From contig JAKPPS010000024.1 in assembly GCA_029547225.1 (NCBI GenBank), forward strand, positions 893 through 64,892: a stretch of 64,000 bases of DNA. The letters run 5' to 3'. Positions 56,582 to 64,000 of this stretch are shown here, piece after piece. The position numbers and the translations under genes are program-made. The stretch is from a bacterium (lineage in GTDB: Bacteria > Patescibacteriota > Dojkabacteria > SC72 > WJKH01). The first letter of the stretch is position 1; the number at the start of each line of letters is the position of its first letter. A model generated the notes under the pieces. The model saw only the letters and a list, made by a program, of their open reading frames with translations, had not been told where the DNA came from and ran no database searches.

Positions 56582-57166
56582 ATGAATAATCATAAATCAA
56601 GTGATAACAATAAAATACTAATACATGCATGTTGTGCAGATTGCCTTTCAAAGATCCTTACAGACAGCCAAATCGATGAATTGGATAAGGTTGTATATTT
56701 TTATAATCCTAATATTCATCCAAGGTCAGAATATCTAGCTCGATTATGTGCAATTCAAGCTGTATGTAAGGAAAAAGATATTAAAATTGTTATCGCAGAT
56801 TGGTCTCCAAAACAATATTTTAATGCACTTAAAAAAGCAAGTAATGCGGATTCAGATATTTCTACGAATAGGTGTGTATCATGTTGGAGATTGCGATTAG
56901 GCATGAGTATTGATTATGCTTTTCACAATATGTTTACTTACTTTACTTCGACATTATTAACAAGTCACTACATGGATCATGAGTCAATAATAGAGATTTC
57001 GAAAGAATTAATTGAGACTAAATCGAATCAGAATATCAAGCTCATAATACCTTCAGAGGATTGCTGTGATGTAAAGACAGGCGGGTTTTATAAGCAGAAT
57101 TATTGTGGTTGTGTATATTCACTTATCGAGAAATATCACGAAAAGTTTTTAACTAGCGAGAATTAA
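56582..57166 (+). CDS. queH: Epoxyqueuosine reductase QueH (DUF208)
   Basis: HACCADC, YNPNIHP, RC..C..RL, YKQNYCGC. Confidence 0.9.
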   Translation: MNNHKSSDNNKILIHACCADCLSKILTDSQIDELDKVVYFYNPNIHPRSEYLARLCAIQAVCKEKDIKIVIADWSPKQYFNALKKASNADSDISTNRCVSCWRLRLGMSIDYAFHNMFTYFTSTLLTSHYMDHESIIEISKELIETKSNQNIKLIIPSEDCCDVKTGGFYKQNYCGCVYSLIEKYHEKFLTSEN

Positions 57167-58789
57167 TGCTTTAATTCCATATCCATATTCACCAGTAAAC
57201 TCAAAGCCTCTTTTCATGTAATATTGTCGTGTACCGACGGCAGAAATAACTCCGAGTTTCTTGCAATTGTAGGATAAAGCTATTTTTTCTGCTTCCTTGA
57301 GTAATTGAGTTCCAATTCCTCTATGCTGTGTATATTGAGAATCACTATTTTGTGTTATCGATATCGGTTCACTTGGGCCATATACATGTAATTCTCGAAT
57401 ACAGCAATCAAAATCTTCAATTAGTTCAGCATTCATACTGTTTAGTATAGTTTTATTCGCTTGTTTAGTATTATTCAATATTGATAAACGTAGAAAGCCT
57501 GCAATTTTATCGTGTTTTGTTCGGAAAGATAAGAAAAACTCTATTGTATTATTAGTATTATATTCTACTGTATTTAATGTTAACTCTCTGATAGAAGGTT
57601 TTTCTTCTTTAATTTCATTACATCTTATACAATTGCATTTAAAACCATCTTGGTGCATTTTCTTAAGCACGTATTCACGAAGGTTTGTAAGCGTAGTACC
57701 TGCAATAATATTATTAGTAGGAATATCCCTAAATAATCGAGATATTCTAGTGTATGGTGGAACAATTCGTTTACATTTTACAAGAAGTTCAATTAAATCG
57801 CTTGTTGAGTATGGTTTATACTTATTCTTCTTATAAAGCTCATATAGTGCAGTTTTTTCAACAAGCACACAAGGATATATCTTCATTTCATCAGGATAAA
57901 TTCCGGTATTTTTATCAAATAATGATTTAAAGTCTTCATAATCCTTTTCGATTGTTGCTTGATAAAGATTACACATCCAGTGGACCATAATCTTAAATCC
58001 ATTTATTCTTAGAAGATTGATTGCTTCAAAAGTATCTTGAGCTGTATGCATCCTATTATTGGCAAGCAGTATTTGATCATTCATAGATTGTACTCCAAGT
58101 TGGACCTTAGTAACTCCAAATTTACGATATTCTTTAATACTATCGATAGATATTTTGTTGGGTCTTGTTTCAATTGACATACCTACACAACGCGATAATG
58201 CAGTTTCATTGATGCTTTGTAATTCATCCAACGAGTAAGTTGCATATTTATTCAAATCAAGATGGTTTAATGCAATAAAAATTTTTTTAATAAAATCGAC
58301 TCTATATTCAAACGAATAATCGTCCCAAGTGCCACCCGATATTATTATCTCTACTTTATCGGTTGAATGATTGTTGTTTCGAAGCGATTCGAGCCTGCGA
58401 ATAATCTGAAAATAAGGATCGTAATTTTGTCCAATAGCTCTCTGAACTGCAGGTTCATCGGAAAGATAACTTTTAGGTAAAGTATTATCTGTGGGACAAA
58501 ATACACAATTTCCACTGCAAAAATAAGGTTTAGTAAAAATTGTGATAGGGACAATCCCTGACATTGATCGAACTCTTTTTACTGATAATAACGACTTAAG
58601 CTTAGGATTATTCAAATAAACATTAGCTCTTTGCTCTGAAGACAAGGCATTGATATATGAGATAATCTCATGCTTTGAAAGTAGCCTACCATTTTCATAT
58701 GTGAATTTTTTACTTAATATCTGCCATTTATCACCATTAAGAATAGGTTTATTAATGATAGATAAAATAGCCTCATTCTTTGTAAGCAT
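57149..58789 (-). CDS. elp3: Elp3 family radical SAM tRNA uridine(34) acetyltransferase
   Basis: CSGNCVFCP, IETRP, MKIYP, RELHVYG, QHRGIG, ISAVGTRQYY. Confidence 0.92.
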   Translation of the reverse strand: MLTKNEAILSIINKPILNGDKWQILSKKFTYENGRLLSKHEIISYINALSSEQRANVYLNNPKLKSLLSVKRVRSMSGIVPITIFTKPYFCSGNCVFCPTDNTLPKSYLSDEPAVQRAIGQNYDPYFQIIRRLESLRNNNHSTDKVEIIISGGTWDDYSFEYRVDFIKKIFIALNHLDLNKYATYSLDELQSINETALSRCVGMSIETRPNKISIDSIKEYRKFGVTKVQLGVQSMNDQILLANNRMHTAQDTFEAINLLRINGFKIMVHWMCNLYQATIEKDYEDFKSLFDKNTGIYPDEMKIYPCVLVEKTALYELYKKNKYKPYSTSDLIELLVKCKRIVPPYTRISRLFRDIPTNNIIAGTTLTNLREYVLKKMHQDGFKCNCIRCNEIKEEKPSIRELTLNTVEYNTNNTIEFFLSFRTKHDKIAGFLRLSILNNTKQANKTILNSMNAELIEDFDCCIRELHVYGPSEPISITQNSDSQYTQHRGIGTQLLKEAEKIALSYNCKKLGVISAVGTRQYYMKRGFEFTGEYGYGIKALILAS

Positions 58790-58868
58790 AAATAGAATAT
58801 AAAATAAATAATAGTCAGTAAATATTATTAGTCTGGCACTAATATTATTGTAAATATCGTATGTAACG

Positions 58869-60563
58869 CTATTCTGTCTCTGATAAAAGCTCGTTAATAT
58901 CCTTCACAAACCTTATTTGATCAGAATCTCTTCTTTTTACTTCAAGACCACCGTTTTGCATACTCCTTTTTGAACATACAATCCGATATGTGCAACCTAT
59001 TAGATCAGCATCTGCAAATTTCTCACCCATTGAGTTTGATCGTTCATCCCACAAACAATCATCTTTTACTTTTTCATAAATTGATTCAGCTAATTTTATA
59101 GCTTCAGGATCATTATCTGATATTAAATGATATTTAAAAGGAGATACAACATCAGGCCAAATAATACCTTTTGAGTCATTATGACATTCGACTATTGCTG
59201 CCAAAGTACGCTCCACACCAATACCGTAACAACCCATGTAATACATTTTAGTTTTTCCATCAGCATCATCGAATTCTGTGCCTTTCATCAATTTAGGATA
59301 ATGTTGCCCAAGCTGAAAGATATTTCCAACCTCTAAGCCTTTCTTAAGTGTTAATCTAGATTTTCCTTGAGGATCGTAAAATCCTTCCTTCGCAAGTGCA
59401 ATATCAGCTGTAATATCATGCTCAAAATCTCGTCCATAATTTACATTAATACTATCTTTATCATCGGATTTTTGACCACCAATAAAATTTCTGACAGTAC
59501 GAAGAGAGTTATCCCCTACATACTTAACACGGCTGTCTGTATTGCCCCAACAATGCACATATCCTGACTTAGTGCCTATTGACTCCAAGTCCTCATCTGA
59601 AGCATCGTCTAGAAGTCCTACTGCATCTAATACATGCTCCAATTTATTCTTATTCACATCTAAGTCACCACGAATTGAAGCTATGATTATTTCACCAGTT
59701 ACACGATTTTTGTATACGACATTTTTTAAATACTTCCATATAGGCTGACCATAGTGTTTTTGGTTATCGTCCATTGTTTTAACCCATTCTGGTTGTTCGA
59801 TAATCTCCATGGGTAATATTTCTTCATCAGGATTCATATCCTCAAGTTTAAACTCAGCAATATCCTCATGCGCAATATATGAACCGTCTTCATTTGTAAA
59901 AAATAAGCTTTCACCTCCATCACACAACACATCGAATTCATGACAATAATCACCTCCGAAATAACCATTATCTGCAGGTACCGGAATTGTATCGAGCCCA
60001 AGTCTAGAAAAAAGTCTGGAATATGTATCGGACATATTCTGATACTCCTTATCAAAGTCTTCTTCAGTAGCATGGAACGAATATCCATCTTTCATAGTAA
60101 ATTCACGAGCCCTTATCAAACCACCTTTTGCTCTAATCTCATCTCGGAATTTTGTTGAAAATTGGTATAGATTAAATGGCAAATCTCTATAGCTTATCTG
60201 AAATTTTCGTACAAGATCAACAATCATCTCTTCGGCAGTACCACCAAGTGCAAAACCTGCACCCCTACGATCTTTTACAGTCATTAATTCAAAGTTCGAG
60301 GAACTAACACGATTTGTTTCTTCCCATAATTCAAGAGGGTGTAGGGTAGGGGCAAGAACTTCCTGCGCACCAGCTTTATCCATCTCTTCTTTTATTACTG
60401 CCATTATTTTCTTCCTAACAATATTTCCTAGCGTCAAGAAATAGTATCTGCCAGCAACAGATTCTCTAATAAATCCGGCTTTATACAATAATTTGTGTGA
60501 AATATTTGAAGCATTTTTAGGCTCCTCTCTAACTGTTTTTCCGAATAATCTAGAATATTTCAT
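58869..60563 (-). CDS. proS: Proline--tRNA ligase
   Basis: KFRDEIR, REFTMKDGYSF, GLEVGNIFQLG, MGCYGIG. Confidence 0.97.
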   Translation of the reverse strand: MKYSRLFGKTVREEPKNASNISHKLLYKAGFIRESVAGRYYFLTLGNIVRKKIMAVIKEEMDKAGAQEVLAPTLHPLELWEETNRVSSSNFELMTVKDRRGAGFALGGTAEEMIVDLVRKFQISYRDLPFNLYQFSTKFRDEIRAKGGLIRAREFTMKDGYSFHATEEDFDKEYQNMSDTYSRLFSRLGLDTIPVPADNGYFGGDYCHEFDVLCDGGESLFFTNEDGSYIAHEDIAEFKLEDMNPDEEILPMEIIEQPEWVKTMDDNQKHYGQPIWKYLKNVVYKNRVTGEIIIASIRGDLDVNKNKLEHVLDAVGLLDDASDEDLESIGTKSGYVHCWGNTDSRVKYVGDNSLRTVRNFIGGQKSDDKDSINVNYGRDFEHDITADIALAKEGFYDPQGKSRLTLKKGLEVGNIFQLGQHYPKLMKGTEFDDADGKTKMYYMGCYGIGVERTLAAIVECHNDSKGIIWPDVVSPFKYHLISDNDPEAIKLAESIYEKVKDDCLWDERSNSMGEKFADADLIGCTYRIVCSKRSMQNGGLEVKRRDSDQIRFVKDINELLSETE

Positions 60564-60630
60564 ATATGTAAAATATAAATTTAATTATTATTAAGTTCGT
60601 GTAACAATATTTATAATATCCCATTATAAA

Positions 60631-60689
60631 GCAAAAACGCCCCCATAAATAGTATAACCAAAAAATGTTAATACTATTTACAAGGGCGT
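60631..60689 (-). terminator. Intrinsic terminator of the proS leader
   Basis: ~19-bp stem ACGCCCTTGTAAATAGTAT / ATACTATTTATGGGGGCGT followed by a T run. Confidence 0.85.
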
Positions 60690-60856
60690 AATTTGAAATA
60701 CGCGATACCACCTTGATTTATGCATACATCGCTGCACGCACCTTGATGCTTACCAACATAAGCTTCTTCATTTATATTCCTAGAAGATAAGGAGAGTGTT
60801 TCGATAGATTCCTATTTTGCACTCGCACTCGCAATTGGGATTGGTCATCATGCATA
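60631..60856 (-). ncRNA. T-box riboswitch leader of proS
   Basis: CAAGG-TGGTATC-GCGTA...TACGC-CCTTG antiterminator overlapping the terminator; GCGA-capped stem III upstream. Confidence 0.85.
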
Positions 60857-60972
60857 TACTTAATTATAACATAAATACAAGAAAATAGTATCAGTTATGA
60901 GATTAATAAAATGTGTGCTAATTAATTTTTGTCTATAAATCAAATATTATGCCTGAGAATAGAGCATAAAAA

Positions 60973-61407
60973 TTACAAACAAGGATCAGTTCCCCAGTCG
61001 GCATGGCCACGGTTTTCATGGCATTTAAAACGATAGAGTAGATCTGTAAGTTCCCAATTGCTTTCAGAAATGTTACTCCAGGTCTCAATATATTCAATTT
61101 CTGAAACGCTATCATCCATAGCAGTCACCTGCTTTAGAAAAATATACTTACCTGAAGAAGAAAGAATTTTACATTCTATTATTTTGCCTTCATTTATTAC
61201 GCAGATATCCTCTTCTGTTGGGACTTCTCTATCTGTAAGCGTTCTCGGTTGTAGTATTTCTTTTTTAAGATATAAGCTCTCATCAAAAGGAGAATCATTT
61301 TCCTTATTAAAGACAGTTAAAATTAATATCAATAGAATTGACAGAGAAACTATTAATAAGATTAGAGGTAGACTTATATTTCCCTTTTTCTTTTCAGTAT
61401 TTTCCAT
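60973..61407 (-). CDS. Hypothetical single-TM protein
   Basis: N-terminal TM; Cys-containing extracellular part. Confidence 0.6.
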   Translation of the reverse strand: MENTEKKKGNISLPLILLIVSLSILLILILTVFNKENDSPFDESLYLKKEILQPRTLTDREVPTEEDICVINEGKIIECKILSSSGKYIFLKQVTAMDDSVSEIEYIETWSNISESNWELTDLLYRFKCHENRGHADWGTDPCL

Positions 61408-61437
61408 AACGCTGCACCCATTAAAAAAATTAAATAT

Positions 61438-62517
61438 TTAATGCTTAATGCTTTTAATGATTTGTAATAAAGCCTTTTCAGTTAAACAAGGTTTGATTTC
61501 TTTATTACAATCGTGATTAACCTCATATATTGTACCAATAATTCTATGCATCAAAGAGTACATAAAGGTATCTTCATCGAATTCGAAATTAGCTTTAAAC
61601 TGATCTAGTATTAAAATAAAATCATCAAGCATGTTCTTTTCGATAAGAATTCTTGCAAGGTATTCAGCTAAATCAAAATACCGAAATCTAAAAAAAGAAA
61701 ATTTTCCCCAATCTATAATCGTAATGCTAGGTTCTTGAATAGGTATAGCTGGTGATACGCTATTAATTTTAACCTCAAAGCTTATTTTTTTTGATTGTGG
61801 CATAATAAATGTCTGATTCTTAATTTTGGGAATTTCTTCAATAAAAATATGATTAAAATTCAACTCACCGTGAGAAGCACCACTTTCAAATGGTGATCCG
61901 AGCGTAAATGATTTTAACTTGGAAATGGCAAAGTTATAAATCTCCGAATACTTAAGTTGTGAGTTGGATATCCATGTCGTTAAGAACTGTTCCTGCTTTA
62001 ACTTCATTGCTTCAAGAAATTCTTTTGTTGGATTAAGGCTATTATTTGGTAATATCGATAAATTTGATTTGAGTTCTAGGCTGTCAATTTCTTTAACAAT
62101 CTCGAGTATTTTAGAATTGGTATATTCAAATTCATTATGATCTGCAAAAGAAAGCTTCTGACCATCCACCTCCTGAGTAACAATATACTTGATGTCTTCA
62201 TCAAGTATAGGAACATTATCTGAAGTTTTGAAAGAATTGTTGATAATGTCCTGGGATATTTCGCCTGATAATAATAGATTTTGTATTCGGAAAGATGAAA
62301 ACTCTGGATTCCCCTTAAGAAACCGACTCTCTGGATTTATTGTTGACTTGAAGCCAACTTTCAAAAAAGCATTATCATCCTTGCACTTTACTTTATATAC
62401 AAAGTTATTGAGTTGCTCAGAAGGTAAACCTAATTCGATTTCGGGATGATTTTTAAGTATTACTTTGATTACAATATCTCTAAGTTCGGGAAATTGCTCT
62501 CTTATTGATCTTGCCAT
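61438..62517 (-). CDS. APH/choline-kinase-like protein
   Basis: NFVYKV, FLKV, SHGELNFNHI, IIDWG, FDLA. Confidence 0.7.
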   Translation of the reverse strand: MARSIREQFPELRDIVIKVILKNHPEIELGLPSEQLNNFVYKVKCKDDNAFLKVGFKSTINPESRFLKGNPEFSSFRIQNLLLSGEISQDIINNSFKTSDNVPILDEDIKYIVTQEVDGQKLSFADHNEFEYTNSKILEIVKEIDSLELKSNLSILPNNSLNPTKEFLEAMKLKQEQFLTTWISNSQLKYSEIYNFAISKLKSFTLGSPFESGASHGELNFNHIFIEEIPKIKNQTFIMPQSKKISFEVKINSVSPAIPIQEPSITIIDWGKFSFFRFRYFDLAEYLARILIEKNMLDDFILILDQFKANFEFDEDTFMYSLMHRIIGTIYEVNHDCNKEIKPCLTEKALLQIIKSIKH

Positions 62518-62575
62518 AAAACAAATAAATAAATAAATCGTGCACTAATAATGCTTATAAACGGACAACACTTCA

Positions 62576-63073
62576 TTATAGCTCATTTAGATATTGATTT
62601 AAAACCTCAATATCTTTTTGATTTATATGTATAAATTGTAAACTCGTTTCTGTCCCATCAATTAGCTGTGCTATCTTATACATAGTCCAATTACAAAAAC
62701 TATCTGTATAACCATTATTGACAATAATTCGATCGAAACCGTGAGTAGGGTAGTCAAGCAAATATTTGGGAACACCATTTTTGTCGATTTTCCTCTTTTT
62801 GTTAAATATATTTACAGCACTTGATTCAAAATAAGAATTACGTGATCGTGATGATGCAATCCCAATTATTAATTCCGGATTTTTCTCTTTTATTAATAAA
62901 CTAAACTGTTCAATATCGTTGTTAAAATGATGGAAAATGAAGTCTACGCTCCTTGATAATAAATGCTTATACGGAAAATTCGTAAACGAATAGATAAGAA
63001 CCCTTTTCAATGATTGTTTACCCAACATTAATTTATTATTTTTTTTATAAGCCAAGATTAGTTTGATAATCAC
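62576..63073 (-). CDS. Pyroglutamyl-peptidase I (C15)-like protein
   Basis: PELIIGI, FESSAVN, FCN..MY, FIHI (Glu-Cys-His order); true start may be the ATG at 63028. Confidence 0.6.
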   Translation of the reverse strand: MIIKLILAYKKNNKLMLGKQSLKRVLIYSFTNFPYKHLLSRSVDFIFHHFNNDIEQFSLLIKEKNPELIIGIASSRSRNSYFESSAVNIFNKKRKIDKNGVPKYLLDYPTHGFDRIIVNNGYTDSFCNWTMYKIAQLIDGTETSLQFIHINQKDIEVLNQYLNEL

Positions 63074-63806
63074 TTATATAATCATCCGTTCTTTGACCCT
63101 TGGATCCGATAAGCCAAAGTGCCTTATCAAATGTTATCCAACTCCAGCGAGTTTTTTTACAGGCTTCAGACCATAATTCCTTAACAAACTTAATGTTTTG
63201 TTGAGTCATTTTCATACTATCAATAAATCCCCATTCGTAAGTTAATCTTACATCGTGTATATCGACTGGTTGAAGCACTTGATCAATATCTGTATATGAT
63301 AATTTGAGTAAATCTATATATGTTCTAACAAGAAAATTTGCAAGCTTATCCCCGAAACCTCTAAATCGCTTTATTCGAGAAAGTAATTCTAGTGCACTGT
63401 TTGATGAACTAATTATATTTATTGCCTTCCCAGAATAATCTTCATTCAGCAATTTCGCATTTACCTTAAACCTTTTAACAATTTCATTAGCATAACGAGG
63501 TTTAAAGTTTTTTCTTACAAAATCGAGAAGTACGGCATTTGGCATATTTAAAAAGAAGTTGGGATTTAACCATTCAGTATTGGTTTTATAAAGCCTATTT
63601 GCATTCTCATATAATTTGCTTGACTTTGTGGCATAATCCATTTGAATTATCCAAAAAAGAAATTGGATCTGTACTGTTTTGTCAGCATCGGGGACATAAT
63701 CTTCAGCGTTAGTTTTTTCTATAAAAATTCCTTGAGAATTTGTATACGCTTTACATATATCGTCAACTATTTCCTCAGGAGTCTTATTCAACACTTTGCT
63801 TACCAT
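63045..63806 (-). CDS. HhH-GPD superfamily DNA glycosylase-like protein
   Basis: FRGFGDKLANF (HhH), PVDIHDVR, D.ALW.IG; no Fe-S cysteine tail. Confidence 0.7.
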   Translation of the reverse strand: MVSKVLNKTPEEIVDDICKAYTNSQGIFIEKTNAEDYVPDADKTVQIQFLFWIIQMDYATKSSKLYENANRLYKTNTEWLNPNFFLNMPNAVLLDFVRKNFKPRYANEIVKRFKVNAKLLNEDYSGKAINIISSSNSALELLSRIKRFRGFGDKLANFLVRTYIDLLKLSYTDIDQVLQPVDIHDVRLTYEWGFIDSMKMTQQNIKFVKELWSEACKKTRWSWITFDKALWLIGSKGQRTDDYISDYQTNLGL

Positions 63807-63853
63807 ATATGTGTATATCACTCAAAATACCAGATACTAAGACTAAAAAAAAA

Positions 63854-63924
63854 TTGCGGGACGTGGAATCGAACCACGATTCACGGCTTCAAAGGCCGGT
63901 GTCCTACCATTAGACGATCCCGCA
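63854..63924 (-). tRNA. tRNA-Gln (TTG)
   Basis: TGCGGGA...CCGGC-CTTTGAA-GCCG...GGTTCGATTCC. Confidence 0.93.
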
Positions 63925-64000
63925 GTAAATTTTTAAATGAATTACCTCTTTTCATTCTCTTAAGCTCATGCTCTCGACATACTGCTTCAGAGCGAGTGGA
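63881..64000 (-). CDS. 3' end of a probable small GIY-YIG nuclease (partial)
   Basis: STRSEAVCREHELKRMKR matches the GIY-YIG C-terminal EA..RE..LK helix. Confidence 0.55.
   Translation of the reverse strand, partial: STRSEAVCREHELKRMKRGNSFKNLLRDRLMVGHRPLKP

Noticed and set aside
1..64000. CRISPR array, rRNA, intact transposase/integrase, alternative genetic code
   Set aside because: No regularly spaced direct repeats or such genes were seen. TGA acts as a stop and conserved Trp/Gly positions read normally.

Overview
AT-rich bacterial chromosome segment in standard genetic code. It is most consistent with a Patescibacteria/CPR genome, possibly Dojkabacteria- or Microgenomates-like. This is an inference from gene content, a T-box, CCA-less tRNAs and SD-poor starts. 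Most of the window is housekeeping: ftsQ-ftsA-ftsZ, ileS, rodA/ftsW, rplU, rpmA, parAB, lepB, gatB/C/A, rnhB-yraN, lgt, helD-like, mnmA, gpmI, rplS, dnaE-uvrC, dus, queH, elp3, proS and seven tRNAs. Small accessory cassettes sit at both ends. No CRISPR array, rRNA or intact transposase/integrase was seen. The most notable observations are: (1) FtsA carries an inserted peptide (DENIPSLLR) resembling the FtsZ C-terminal tail, in the subdomain that binds that tail; (2) a dispersed family of ~170-220 bp imperfect-palindromic intergenic elements with 3-4 copies; (3) a 117-nt tRNA-Leu(TAG) with a 48-nt variable arm; (4) a SAM-methyltransferase-like gene coupled to an orphan multi-TM histidine kinase; (5) a T-box riboswitch upstream of proS; (6) IleRS with GVHH/EMHKS signature motifs; (7) widespread leaderless-type promoters; and (8) several apparent pseudoenzymes. 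All calls come from reading the sequence by eye; no searches were run.
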